The notes beneath the pieces were generated by a model. That model was not told the DNA's origin. It saw nothing but the letters and a program-made list of their open reading frames with translations, and did not search any database. Positions 19,374-30,464 of a DNA stretch of 64,000 nucleotides are shown here, one piece after another; the stretch's first letter is position 1, and each line of letters starts with the position of its first letter. Source of the stretch: Nanobdellota archaeon (lineage in GTDB: Archaea > Nanobdellota > Nanobdellia > Woesearchaeales > JAHIVG01); NCBI GenBank assembly GCA_018816705.1, contig JAHIVG010000079.1, positions 8,064 through 72,063 on the forward strand. The letters run 5' to 3'. Made by a program: the position numbers and the translations under genes.

Positions 19374-20765
19374 CTATCTGCCCAGAAGGGTATCCCTCTT
19401 CTGATAGCAGGCATCGACGAAGGATGCTAGCTTGGGCATCATCTGCGGCTCGGGAGCGTCTGAGAATGCCAGGTCAACATACGGCAGTATCTTGTCAGCA
19501 GCTGAGCCAGCCCTCTCGCGTGCGTTCCTAATCAATGCTTGAGATACAGACGTGGCAACAGTCTCATGCATGCACTGCCAGGGCCCGACATGGCATATGC
19601 CGCTGATTGCGGCATCGCCCACAGGCCGGAAATGGCCCTCGATGAAGAGGTAAGTCGTGCCGACAGTGATCGGAGACTCACCCTCAATGGCGGTGTGGAA
19701 TATGCCTCGGTCCTCGGCTTTCTTCGAATAGTCGTAAGCGTCATGTATCTCCCTGCCCCTGAGAAGATCCTCGAAAGGCATCCAGAGAATGTCCTTCTGC
19801 TTGTTCATGTACCATCTATTGATACCCTTCTTGAAAACATCAATCAGCGAGGACGGATGCCTAAGGCTCATGGCCTGCTTCGCATCCTGGTAGTTCCAGC
19901 TGTTGACATAAAGGAACCATTCGGCTGTGGATGCGACAAGTGTCTCCAAAGGCCTGCTGAAAGAGCCCTCCAACAGCTTAGAGATATAGTGGTTGGCTCC
20001 CGGATGGAGCCTCATGAAGAATTCGCCGTTCACAAGAGCTATCGGGAACCGTCGGGAGCGGTCAAAGTCCACCTTTGACATCTCGGCAGCAGCAGTGTAC
20101 ATCGCGTCCTCAAGGCCGTGGCCGCCAGACCTGATCTCATCGCACAGATGACCGAGAAGCTCCTTGTACTTGAGCTCTCCGGCCGTGTTCCCGACTTCAG
20201 GCTTTTTCTCGTAAGGCCTGATCCTCAGCAGGGCATTATATAATATGTCCAGGGCGAAGATGCTCTTGAAAGCCAGCTTGACAAGATCGTCTCTCTGATC
20301 AGGAGGCAGGTCCAACTCAGAATAGTTGGTCTTGCCAGAAGGGCTGACAATAGGCACCCCCTCATACCCGTTGCTGTCGAGGATGAGCCTCATAACCTGT
20401 GTGTACTGCCCCTGCCTGCACGGACCCTCGGCAGTGGGCTGGAACAAGGCAAGCTCGTCCTGGCCATGCTTCTCTGATTTCTTCTCCAGCCAGGCCAGGG
20501 CATCACCTATCAGGATGCGGAAGGGCTCGCAGGTCTGGGTTATGACATTCTTCTCCGCAAGCCCGTAAGTGTGCTCGGTGCAGGTCTCTTCCATGACCTC
20601 AGCAGGGATGCCGACACCTTGCAAAGCGGCTGCAAGGCCGTAAGAGCTGTCACCTGAGTAAGGTATGCCCCACGTGCGCTCGTTGAGGTTGTCAGGCATA
20701 GGCCTTGAAGTGTCATACTTCTTATCGAGCCGCGCCTGCAAGCCGGATGAGTCTTCGGGTTTCAT
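19374..20765 (-). CDS. 2-hydroxyacyl-CoA dehydratase-like (HgdB/DUF2229-type) protein, partner of the upstream ATPase fusion
   Basis: 463 aa. It overlaps the upstream gene by 4 nt. In clostridial 'CoA-substrate-specific enzyme activase' proteins this domain is fused to the ATPase modules. Confidence 0.65.
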   Translation of the reverse strand: MKPEDSSGLQARLDKKYDTSRPMPDNLNERTWGIPYSGDSSYGLAAALQGVGIPAEVMEETCTEHTYGLAEKNVITQTCEPFRILIGDALAWLEKKSEKHGQDELALFQPTAEGPCRQGQYTQVMRLILDSNGYEGVPIVSPSGKTNYSELDLPPDQRDDLVKLAFKSIFALDILYNALLRIRPYEKKPEVGNTAGELKYKELLGHLCDEIRSGGHGLEDAMYTAAAEMSKVDFDRSRRFPIALVNGEFFMRLHPGANHYISKLLEGSFSRPLETLVASTAEWFLYVNSWNYQDAKQAMSLRHPSSLIDVFKKGINRWYMNKQKDILWMPFEDLLRGREIHDAYDYSKKAEDRGIFHTAIEGESPITVGTTYLFIEGHFRPVGDAAISGICHVGPWQCMHETVATSVSQALIRNARERAGSAADKILPYVDLAFSDAPEPQMMPKLASFVDACYQKRDTLLGR

Positions 20766-23700
20766 GCCAGTCCCAACCTCTCCTTGACGACCTCGTTGTT
20801 AGCCAGGATCCTGGTGCCGTACTGTGCGTTAGAGCTGTGGCCGTCTGTCTGCAGCTCAAAGAAGGGTTTGTCCGCAGTATCGAATATCCTAGCAAGATGG
20901 TAAAAGAGGAACGAGTCAGGACCGCAGGCATAGTTGGTCATCAAGACCGGGAACAGCCTCGGGTGCTCTGCGACAAACAAGGCGTCCTGGATTATCCGCC
21001 TGCCCTGCTGCCAAAACATATTCTGGACAATGTCAGTGATGTCTATCTCTCCCGTGTCAAAAAAATAAGCAGGCATGAACTCCAGGCCACGCTGGGAGAA
21101 CAAGGAGCCTGTCTCAGCAGATGCCTTGGGGTCGAAGATAGTGTAGCCGCGGCCGATGCCAACGAAAGCATAAGTGTCCTTGTTCTCAATATCCTCGAGG
21201 AACGATTCACCTATCCAGTGCGTCCTGCGGTTGAAGCCCTCCTGCGCGACCTCTGCCAGGCCTAACGCGTCCTTTACCTGCCGTTTGGAGAAACGCCTGC
21301 CATACACCCTCCTGAGGTCAGCGTAGAACCGATCAACGAGAGTGTTGTTGGGATCGTCGAAGCGGATTATGGGCATGAGACTGTCGTTCTCCAAGGAAAG
21401 GTTGGCAGAGATGTTGTAATTGATAGATGCTGAGTATGGGCAGCTCTTCAAGCGCTCTGGGGAAGAGCCGTTCTCGAGCTGGGTGCCGATGAAGCTGGGA
21501 AGAAGCAACTTGAAATCCTCTCCCTCCAATGCCTCTTTGAGGTATGCAGCATGGCCATGCGCCAGCTTTGCAGGAAAACAGTTCTCGGAGTGGGAGTGCT
21601 TGAAGCCCAACTTGACGATATCATCCATGCTCTCAGGCGAGACCTTAACATCGAAGCCGAGATGATTATAGAAAGCAGCGAAGAAGACTGCCTGCTCGTT
21701 GAAGAAGAACATCGACCTAGGTATGGCCACCACGCCGTTCGAGGATGGCTGGTCGAGCGGGATAGAAAGTGCAGATACGCTGCCCTCCAGCTGCTCAAGA
21801 TAGACCTTTGTGTAATCCTTTGTCTGCCCCCTTGCAGTGAAATCAGTCGCTCCCTTAGGGCATAAGCCGCCGGCATAGACCCGGTCATCACCTATCTTAT
21901 ACTCATCGAGGTAGCAATCCCTCTTGCCGCAGGTATCCTCTCCCAAGAGTGAGCTGCAGTTGCCGCTGCTCCTGTTGAAATCCATATCGATCAGGCCGAA
22001 GCCGCGGAAGGCGCTCTCCAAGGTCTTTCCTTCTTCCTCAGCCTTATCAAGCCTCTGCTTAACTGCGACAGCAGAACCTATGGCCCCCATGACCTCGCGG
22101 TGAGGCAATGCGTGGATACTCTTGCCTGTGAGCTGTGCCAGCATGGCCAGAGCTGCCTTGCCGAGGAAGGGTCCTCCCTGGGCAGAGCAGTACTCTCCGA
22201 GGTTCTCGTTGCCGACAAACTTTGTCACGTATCCACCGATAGCAGCGTAAATCATCCCAGCAGCGAGCTCCTGCTTGGTGAGGCCCATAGAAGCGAGGTC
22301 AGCAATGCCGGCCTCGCTGAAGACAGCGCAGGTGCTGTCGACATAAGGCACTCTTCCTGCTTTTAAGGCCTCATCCTGAAGGGAACCCTTCACATCCAGG
22401 CCATAACTCATTGCAAGATTCTCCAGGGTCTGGCCCGTGCCCGCAAAGCAGGCGAGGTTCATCTTGGCAGACCTCACCAGCCCGTCCTTGTCAAGGCGTG
22501 TGAACTTGGCATCCTGCCCTCCGAGCTCGAAGATTGTGTCAACCGGAACACCAGTCTCATACTGGAACAGGCGGCACCCGTTCTTGTGGCATGTTATCTC
22601 ATCCTTAAGCACATCGCTCCTGTCCCTCTTTGAGACATCTGTAAATAGGATTTCGTAGAGCCCGGCGCTCGAGCCGGTGAAGCCGGTACCTCTCACTGAA
22701 CCGATAAGGTTGCCCATGGCATCCACTATGCCCTGCAGGAGCTCTTTGCCCGCCTTCTCAGGATCGCCTTCGGTATGGATGTACTTCTTGTAATACATCG
22801 TCTGCACATTATCAGCGTCAACGACAACCACTTTGGAAGTGGTGGAGCCGCCGTCAAAGCCCAGGATGACATCAACCTTGTGGTCAGGCAGCACAAGCGG
22901 CTTCTCTTCGTAGAGGACGACGTTGTCAAGAGAAAGCGGCGGGCCGTAGGCAATCTTCTCTCTTTGTTTCTCAGCCAAAGAGTAAATCCTCTTGGAATCA
23001 AGATGTCTAAGCCTATCCGCATGCTCGAGGCCGAGCAAGGCTGCACCGATCGCACCCACCCCGATGGAGTTCTCTTCCCAATAGATGTTTTCGGAAGGCA
23101 TTCCAATAATCTTTCCGATCTCAGAGATGATATGTGCATTGGCAGCCACCCCTCCGGTCCCCATTGCCTTTGCATCAGGATTGAGCGTCCTGGCCCGGAT
23201 GACATCACCGACATAGTTCATGGCGATGCGTCCTTCCATGGCGCTGAGGATGTCGGGTATCCTGTAGCCGGCGTTCTGCTTGTGGATCATGTCAGAAGTA
23301 ATAATCACGCCGCAGCGGCCGCCTATCTCGAGGTCCTGAGTCGAGGAACCGACGACCTGGGCAGCGTGGCCAATCACGAGACGCATCTGCTCCTCCAACT
23401 GCTCCCTGTCAGTGCCTTCAACTGGGAACAGGTGGCTGAAGTACCTCTTGTACTGCTTGGCCAGAAGGATGCCTGAGCCCCCGCCGCACTTGGTGCCGGT
23501 CTCATAGACCACGACACCGATGTCAGGGTCGACCTCAAAGAAGTAAGGGTCGCGCGCGCCGATGTGGAATATATACTTGATATCAGGTGCGAGATGCTGA
23601 GCCCCCCGGGGAATGGTCTGCGTGTCATAGGCGAAAAATGTGTCGTTGGCCTCAGCAGCCAGCCTGCCGCCGATGCCTGTGAATGAGACCCCCTCGAGGC

Positions 23701-23940
23701 CGTAGGACATCTTGACCCTGTCGTGGATATCCATTGTAAGGCTGTGCGGTGAGCCGAAATGCGAGAATGAAGATGATTCGACGATGCTGCCTGAAAGGTC
23801 CAAGACAGCAGCGTGCACACTAGCAGAGCCGATGTCTAACCCTAGCACGACTTCGTCTATCGACAAATGACAACACTCCCGATAAAGCGCAATGACGGCC
23901 TTCTTTAAAAGTTTTCCCTTAAGAATGATGAACAAACACA
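20762..23940 (-). CDS. Fusion of two BadF/BadG/BcrA/BcrD-type (HgdC-like) ATPase modules with a dehydratase-like C-terminal domain
   Basis: Two ASKHA-fold segments (LGLDIGSASVHAAV... and ILGFDGGSTTSKVVV...) are followed by a ~400 aa C-terminal domain. The ORF track starts at 24034. A start at 23940 (MCLFIIL) is preferred, with GAGGT 4 nt upstream. Confidence 0.7.
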
Positions 23941-24118
23941 TAACCTCTGTTGAAAATGACCTGGCCCGGATCGCGCCAGGCCCACCAATAATTGAAACCC
24001 CCATTTCACTGTCCCACCAAATGCACCCACCCACCCTGCATGACGTTGTGCTTGTCGAGACATTTCAAGAGCACGAGAGCTGAAAGCCCCTATGCCATAA
24101 TCGCAGAGAGAAATAATT

Positions 24119-25501
24119 TTGGAGACCCCATACAAACATTTAAAAGCACTGGACCTCAGTTGTCCAGGCATGGCAGAAATCATCACCCTGGGCGGATACA
24201 ATGAGGTAGGCAAGAACCTGACAGCAGTCAAGGTGGGAAAGCAGGTCGTGATATTCGACATGGGCCTGCACCTGGAGAACTACATAAGGGTGGCCGAGGA
24301 CGAAGACATCATAAACCTCAAGGCCAAGATGCTCATCGACGAAGGTGCGGTACCGGACATAGACCAACTGGGAGAATGGAAAAAGCAGGCAGGCTACATA
24401 ATCCCAACACACGCGCACCTCGACCATATAGGAGCCATACCATTCCTCGGAAACCAGTTCAAGGCCAACCTCATATTCACGCCGTACAGCGCAGCAGTGC
24501 TGAACGCGAACATCAAGAACGAGGGCATGAAGCTCAGCAACAAGCAGACCATACTGAACGTGAACGGCAGCATCCCTCTCAAGGACGGCCTGAGGCTGGA
24601 GTTCATAAACGTCACGCACAGCACGCCGCAGACAGTGATGGCGGCGCTGCACACACCAGAAGGCGTGATACTCTACGCGAACGATTTCAAGTTCGACATG
24701 TACCCTACTTTGGGCAAGAAGCCCAACTTCAAGCGCCTCGAAGAGCTAGGCAAGGAAGGGGTGCTGGCACTGATATGCGATTCAACCTACGCGAATTATG
24801 CCCAGAAGACACCGTCAGAATCAGTTGCCAAAGAGATGCTGAGAGATGTCATGATAGGCACGCAGACAAAGGGAAAATGCATAATCGTGACGACCTTCTC
24901 CAGCCATCTGGCGAGGCTGAAATCCATAATCGAATTCGGGAAGAAGCTCAACAGGAGGATAGTCTTCCTCGGACGGTCACTTGCCAAGTATTCTCTCGCC
25001 GGGGAAGACATCGGTATAGTCAACTTCTCCAAGGAAGCAGAGATCGTCAAGTACAGCAGCAAGATAAAACGGAAGCTGAAGACTGTGATGGCAGATGGCA
25101 AGGAAAAATACATGCTGGTGGTCACTGGTCATCAAGGAGAACCAAAGGCGACCCTGTCAAAGATGGCCTCAGGAGAGCTCGGGTTCAGGTTCGACAAGGA
25201 AGACCACGTAATATTCTCATGCAAGACCATCCCATCTAAGACCAATATCGAGAACAGGACAAGGCTCGAGAACGAACTGAAGGACTTCGACGTCAGGCTC
25301 TTTACAGATATACACGTGAGCGGCCACGCGGCAAGAGAGGATCTCAGGGACCTGATTCACCTGGTGAAGCCGAAACATATCATACCTGCGCACGGCGAGA
25401 GGAACATGACCCTCGGCCTGATCAACCTGGCAGAGACATTAGGATATTCAAAGGGGGAGACAGCGCATCATATGAAGAACGGTGGCAGGCTAAGGCTCTG
25501 A
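24119..25501 (+). CDS. rnj: Ribonuclease J (beta-CASP metallo-beta-lactamase RNase)
   Basis: THAHLDHIG metal motif, a beta-CASP domain and the C-terminal HVSGHA...PAHGE. Confidence 0.85.
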   Translation: METPYKHLKALDLSCPGMAEIITLGGYNEVGKNLTAVKVGKQVVIFDMGLHLENYIRVAEDEDIINLKAKMLIDEGAVPDIDQLGEWKKQAGYIIPTHAHLDHIGAIPFLGNQFKANLIFTPYSAAVLNANIKNEGMKLSNKQTILNVNGSIPLKDGLRLEFINVTHSTPQTVMAALHTPEGVILYANDFKFDMYPTLGKKPNFKRLEELGKEGVLALICDSTYANYAQKTPSESVAKEMLRDVMIGTQTKGKCIIVTTFSSHLARLKSIIEFGKKLNRRIVFLGRSLAKYSLAGEDIGIVNFSKEAEIVKYSSKIKRKLKTVMADGKEKYMLVVTGHQGEPKATLSKMASGELGFRFDKEDHVIFSCKTIPSKTNIENRTRLENELKDFDVRLFTDIHVSGHAAREDLRDLIHLVKPKHIIPAHGERNMTLGLINLAETLGYSKGETAHHMKNGGRLRL

Positions 25502-26734
25502 ACCTTTTGACTTTTCTGCTTCTAGAATGCGTCCAATGGCCAAGATGTAAGCAGCAGTCCTAAAATCAGTGTCATGCGTCATTGCCATGCTGCTCACAGA
25601 CTTGAAGGCTGACTTCATGGTCTTGTCAAGCTCTTCGGTGATCTTCTCCTCGCTCCAGGATTTTCCAAGCTTGTTCTGCTTCCACTCAAAATATGACACG
25701 GTCACGCCGCCGGCATTGGCCAGCACGTCAGGAAGTATGATCACTCCGGCTTTCGAGAGGATCCTGTCTGCCTCGGGGCTCGTCGGACCATTGGCGAGCT
25801 CGAGAACGACCTTGGCCTTGATCCCCGAGGCGTTCTTCCCTGTGATGACATCAGCCAAGGCAGCAGGAACGAGAACATCGACATCGAGCTCCAATAGATA
25901 CTCATTGGATATGCTTTCGGCGTCAAATGTTGTTACCGTGCCCTTCTCCTTCTCACGGATAACCGCACCGATGTCAAGGCCGGCCTTGTTATATATACCT
26001 CCTTTGGAATCAGATACAGCCACGACCTTGCAGCCCCAGCTGTCCAGGATCTTCGCCATGTTCTGGCCGGCATTGCCGAAGCCCTGCACAGCGACCGAAG
26101 CATCCTTCATCGTAAGCTTCTTCTCAGCCATCAGCTCCCGCAGCACCATGGCACCGCCTAATGCAGTCGAGACATCCCTCACCAAGGAACCTCCATTCTT
26201 GAGGGACTTGCCTGTTATCACAGCAGGAGAACTCGTCTTGGTGATCTTCTCGTACTCGTCGCGCATCCAGTCCATGACCTGGCTAGTGGTGTAGACATCA
26301 GGAGCAGGGATGTCGACGTCCGGGCCGAGGAACTGGTGCATGGCCCTCATGAAGCCCCTGCTGATGCGCTCAATCTCGCCATGGGAGAGCTCCTTGGGGT
26401 TTATCACCACGCCTCCCTTGCCGCCGCCGAAAGGAATATCGACCACAGCGCACTTTATGGCCATCCAGAAGGCCAAGGCCTTGACCTCACCCATGTTCAC
26501 ATGGTGGTGGAAGCGGATGCCGCCCTTGTAAGGGCCGCGGGCGTTGTTGAACTGCACCCTATAAGCCGTAATCACCCTCTTGCTGTTGTCATCCATCTCC
26601 AGGGGGAAAGAGACCTGGATCACCCTGTTAGGGGTGTGGATCAGCTCCTTCTCAAAGGGGCTCAGCTTCATGATGCCAGAAACCTTGTTGACATAGCTTG
26701 TGACGTTATCGAAAATCTCGCTCATAGCAGACAC
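25490..26734 (-). CDS. gdhA: Glutamate dehydrogenase
   Basis: GGGKGG and GFGNAG Rossmann motifs with a typical GDH N-terminal domain. Confidence 0.93.
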   Translation of the reverse strand: MSAMSEIFDNVTSYVNKVSGIMKLSPFEKELIHTPNRVIQVSFPLEMDDNSKRVITAYRVQFNNARGPYKGGIRFHHHVNMGEVKALAFWMAIKCAVVDIPFGGGKGGVVINPKELSHGEIERISRGFMRAMHQFLGPDVDIPAPDVYTTSQVMDWMRDEYEKITKTSSPAVITGKSLKNGGSLVRDVSTALGGAMVLRELMAEKKLTMKDASVAVQGFGNAGQNMAKILDSWGCKVVAVSDSKGGIYNKAGLDIGAVIREKEKGTVTTFDAESISNEYLLELDVDVLVPAALADVITGKNASGIKAKVVLELANGPTSPEADRILSKAGVIILPDVLANAGGVTVSYFEWKQNKLGKSWSEEKITEELDKTMKSAFKSVSSMAMTHDTDFRTAAYILAIGRILEAEKSKGSEP

Positions 26735-26810
26735 CTGGCGCTGTGATTGACCAGGTATTTAAATAATTTTAGCCAAAACATTTTTAAATGCTCATAGGTG
26801 TACTCACTGC

Positions 26811-27983
26811 ATGAAAATGGAAGGATGCAGGAAGGATTTTCCTATCCTGAAAGACGGCAAGCTGATCTATTTTGATAATGCTTGCATGACCCTGAAGCCT
26901 AAGCAGGTGATAGACGCAGTCACGGGCTATTATACTGAATACAGCGCGTGCGGAGATAGGGCACATCACAGGCTCGGCAAGAGGGTGACAGAAGAAGTGG
27001 CCAAAAGCCGGAACACCCTGAGGAAATTCATCAATGCCCGCAAGGACGAGGATATCATATTCACGAAAAACGCGACCGAAGCCATCAACCTGGTGGCGAA
27101 CGGCCTCGGTCTAAATAGAAGTGACAAGGTCCTGACAACAGACAGGGAGCACAACTCCAACCTGCTGCCATGGCAGCGCTGCAAAGCGAAGCATGAGGTC
27201 TTCAATGTCGAGGACGAGATTGACCTGGACAGCTTCGAGGAGCAGGCCCAGGGTACAAGGCTGGTATCTTTCCCCCACATATGCAACATGGACGGAATGG
27301 TCCTCCCTGTCAAGGACATGATCAAGAGGGCGCACAAGCAGGGTGCTCTTGTGCTGGTCGATGCAGCACAGTCGGTCCCTCATACCGAGGTGGACGTGCG
27401 CAGCCTGGACGCTGACTTCATCGCCTTTTCAGGCCACAAGATGTGCGGCCCTACCGGCACTGGCGTGCTTTATGGCAAGAAAGAGCTGCTCGAAGGGCTC
27501 AGTCCGCTGCTGCTCGGAGGGGACACGGTCCTGGACTCAACCTATGAAAGCTACACCCTCGCAGGATTGCCTTCGAGACTAGAGGCAGGGCTGCAGAACT
27601 ACGCAGGGATAATCGGATTCGGGCAGGCTGCTGCCTACCTCAAGAAGATCGGCCTCTCGAAGATCGAGAAGCACGAGACAGCCCTTAACCAGCAGCTGAA
27701 GCGAGGGATCAAGAGCATAAAGAATGTCAGGCTGCTGGGACCGGAGAATTCATCAGGCATCACAGGCTTCATGGCAGAAGGCATCGATCCTCACAACATA
27801 GCCATGCTATTGGACCAGACAGCCAACATCATGGTGAGATCAGGCCAGCACTGCGTGCACAGCTGGTTCAACAGCCGAGGCCTGCCAGGATCAGTCAGGG
27901 CCTCACTCTACTTATACAACACAGCCGAAGAAGTTGAAACCTTTATAAACCAGCTCTCCAAAGTACTGTCCAAGATAAGCTAA
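26811..27983 (+). CDS. Cysteine desulfurase (class V aminotransferase, SufS/CsdA-like)
   Basis: PLP-Lys SGHKMCGPTGTG and the catalytic Cys region RSGQHC. Confidence 0.85.
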   Translation: MKMEGCRKDFPILKDGKLIYFDNACMTLKPKQVIDAVTGYYTEYSACGDRAHHRLGKRVTEEVAKSRNTLRKFINARKDEDIIFTKNATEAINLVANGLGLNRSDKVLTTDREHNSNLLPWQRCKAKHEVFNVEDEIDLDSFEEQAQGTRLVSFPHICNMDGMVLPVKDMIKRAHKQGALVLVDAAQSVPHTEVDVRSLDADFIAFSGHKMCGPTGTGVLYGKKELLEGLSPLLLGGDTVLDSTYESYTLAGLPSRLEAGLQNYAGIIGFGQAAAYLKKIGLSKIEKHETALNQQLKRGIKSIKNVRLLGPENSSGITGFMAEGIDPHNIAMLLDQTANIMVRSGQHCVHSWFNSRGLPGSVRASLYLYNTAEEVETFINQLSKVLSKIS

Positions 27984-27995
27984 AAGAGGCCCACA

Positions 27996-29207
27996 ATGCA
28001 GGACATAGCAACCCTCGTCATATTGATCGTGCTCTCGGCATTCTTCTCCAGCGCAGAGACCGCCCTGATATCGCTGAGCAGCCACAAGATAAGAGCGCTG
28101 CTGAAACAGAAAAAATTCGGGGCATTGTCGCTGTACAGGATAAGGAAGCACCCCAGACGGCTGGTCATCACCATCCTCATAGGCAATAACGTAGTCAATG
28201 TCTGGGCGTCAGCACTGGCGAGCCTAATGGCAATATCCCATTTCGGCTCAAAAGGCCTGGGCATAGCGACCGGCGTCATGACCTTCATACTGCTTCTCTT
28301 CGGAGAGATAACCCCTAAGAGCATAGCAATAACATATGCTGCGACCTATGGCAGATACATATCAAGGATAATCGAGCTGCTGACATGGGTACTATACCCA
28401 TTTGTGAGGGCCTTCGAATGGTTCACCAACATAATAGCCAAGACCCAGAAGCAGCCGATGACCGAAGAGGAGTTCCTCAGCGTCATCGAAGCAGGGGAGA
28501 AGGACAAGGTCATCGAGAAGATAGAAAAGGAATTCATCGAGGGCGTGCTCGAATTCAACGACATAAGGGTCAGGCAGGTGATGACCCCCCGGGCGAAGAT
28601 GTTCTCCCTCGACGGCGATCTCAACCTTTCAAAGTGCATCAAGCAGATACAGCGAAGAAGGTATTCCCGCACACCTGTGATCGAAAGATCAACAGACAAC
28701 ATAATCGGTGTGGTGCTGCTCAAGGATGCGTTCTCAGCCTACGTGAACGGGAAGGACCCGAAGCTCAGGGACATAGCGATCAAGCCGCTGTTCGTCTCGG
28801 GTGAGCGGATCATCTCAGACCTCTTCCACGAGATGCAGAAGAAGCACAGGCACCTGGCTGTGGTGATAGACGAGTTCGGCGGCACAGCAGGAATAGTCAC
28901 GCTGGAAGACCTGATGGAAGAGATATTGGGGGAGATACGCGACGAGGGTGAGAAACCGCCGCAGAAGATCTGGCGCGAGAGCAAGAAGTCCATTGTCGTC
29001 ATGGGCGGAGTGGAGATAGAGGAAGTCAACGAGTTCTTCAAGACCAAGATACCCCCTGGAAGGTACATGACCATAAACGGCTTCCTGGTGCAAGAGTTCA
29101 AGAGGGTGCCGAGAAAAGGACGGAAGCTGAAGATAGCAGACCTGATGTTCACGATATTGGAAGCCACGTCAAAGCAGATCCTCAAGGTCAGGATCGAGAA
29201 GCCCTGA
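27996..29207 (+). CDS. CNNM/CorC-family transporter (DUF21 + CBS pair + CorC_HlyC)
   Basis: N-terminal 4TM DUF21 and tandem CBS domains. The C-terminus reads EILGEIRDE. Confidence 0.85.
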   Translation: MQDIATLVILIVLSAFFSSAETALISLSSHKIRALLKQKKFGALSLYRIRKHPRRLVITILIGNNVVNVWASALASLMAISHFGSKGLGIATGVMTFILLLFGEITPKSIAITYAATYGRYISRIIELLTWVLYPFVRAFEWFTNIIAKTQKQPMTEEEFLSVIEAGEKDKVIEKIEKEFIEGVLEFNDIRVRQVMTPRAKMFSLDGDLNLSKCIKQIQRRRYSRTPVIERSTDNIIGVVLLKDAFSAYVNGKDPKLRDIAIKPLFVSGERIISDLFHEMQKKHRHLAVVIDEFGGTAGIVTLEDLMEEILGEIRDEGEKPPQKIWRESKKSIVVMGGVEIEEVNEFFKTKIPPGRYMTINGFLVQEFKRVPRKGRKLKIADLMFTILEATSKQILKVRIEKP

Positions 29208-29793
29208 GCCACTTCCTGACATGGATCATCAAGTATATCGCAATCACGGCCAGGACAATCATGTCCAGAGGCCTGCTGTATTCTGTGATGAGGTGCCAGT
29301 GCTCGGCGAGCCTGAAACCGACGTATAACAAGAAGGTGTTCCATATCGTCGCCCCGATGGCAGTGTAGAATACGAATCTCTTGAGGTCCATCCTGGCAAT
29401 GCCTGCCGGGATAGAGATGAGGTGGCGCACAACAGGGATGAATCGGGCAGTGAAGATCGTGATGCTGCCATATTTCTTGAAGAAGCGCTCGGTCCACTTC
29501 AGGTGGCCCTCGTCCAAGAAGAGGTACTTGCCCACCTTCCTCACGATCGGATAGCCACCGACATAGCCCATGTAGTACCCGATCAGGGAGCCGACGACGC
29601 TTGCCAGGCCCGAGATTATCGCTGCTGTCCAGAAATCGAACCTCCCCTGGGTAACAAGATAACCTGCGAAGGGCATTACCGCTTCGCTGGGTATGGGTGC
29701 TATCATAGACTCCAGGACCATGAGCACGAATATCCCGATGTAGCCTATCTTATCGATGAACAGGGTTATGTACTCGACGAGGAACTCTATCAT
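29188..29793 (-). CDS. DedA/SNARE-associated family membrane protein
   Basis: DedA signature LE......P.P...G...G and the TM topology. Confidence 0.75.
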   Translation of the reverse strand: MIEFLVEYITLFIDKIGYIGIFVLMVLESMIAPIPSEAVMPFAGYLVTQGRFDFWTAAIISGLASVVGSLIGYYMGYVGGYPIVRKVGKYLFLDEGHLKWTERFFKKYGSITIFTARFIPVVRHLISIPAGIARMDLKRFVFYTAIGATIWNTFLLYVGFRLAEHWHLITEYSRPLDMIVLAVIAIYLMIHVRKWLRASRS

Positions 29794-29828
29794 GCAGGCA
29801 GGGCGAGGAGAGAATTATTTAAAGCTTG

Positions 29829-30407
29829 TCATTCCTTAATAAAGTACCACGACGGGAAATCCTTCTCCTTGGTGATGTAGAGCCTCTGCTCATGTTTCTT
29901 CGAGAACTCGTCCACAGCACTCTTCACTCCGAACAGGCCTTCAGGGAGCTTGCCGTCCACATAATCGTGCCCGGCGAAAAGCCCGCCCTTCCTGAGCTTG
30001 GGCCACCACTGCCCCATATCCCCCTTACAGCCCTCGTAGGTGTGATTGGCATCGATGTAGATGAAATCAAGGCTGTCATCCTCAAAGCGCTTGATGGCTT
30101 CCTGGGAGAGCGTCCTCAGGATTTTGCTCCTCCTGCCGAACATCATCAGCTTCAGCCGGGTGCGCAAGTAGGCGATGTGGTGCCTGTGTTGGGGCAGGTT
30201 TGATATGTCATCATAGTCCTTCTTCTTGAAGGCCTTCCAGGAGTCGATAGAGTACAACCGGCTCAGGCTTGAGCCTGCCAGGAGCCTCTCTGAGTAGAAA
30301 CCGCTCTGCACGCCGATCTCAACGCCCTTCCCGGTCAGGCCGAGCCTCTTTGCCAGGGCAGGCAGCCCGTCCCGGTGTGTTATCTGCAAATCCATGGCAA
30401 GCGGCAA
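29829..30407 (-). CDS. Class I SAM-dependent methyltransferase (TylF/MycF-like O-methyltransferase fold)
   Basis: GVEIGVQSG... and DFIYIDANHTYEG...GHDY motifs. Confidence 0.65.
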   Translation of the reverse strand: MPLAMDLQITHRDGLPALAKRLGLTGKGVEIGVQSGFYSERLLAGSSLSRLYSIDSWKAFKKKDYDDISNLPQHRHHIAYLRTRLKLMMFGRRSKILRTLSQEAIKRFEDDSLDFIYIDANHTYEGCKGDMGQWWPKLRKGGLFAGHDYVDGKLPEGLFGVKSAVDEFSKKHEQRLYITKEKDFPSWYFIKE

Positions 30408-30464
30408 TCTTTGTCCGTATAAATAACTGTCGCTTTGAGAGGGTAATGTTATAATTATAATCTC

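Noticed and set aside
24376-25239. 287-aa Arg/His/Gln-rich ORF
   Set aside because: An alternative frame inside the RNase J gene.
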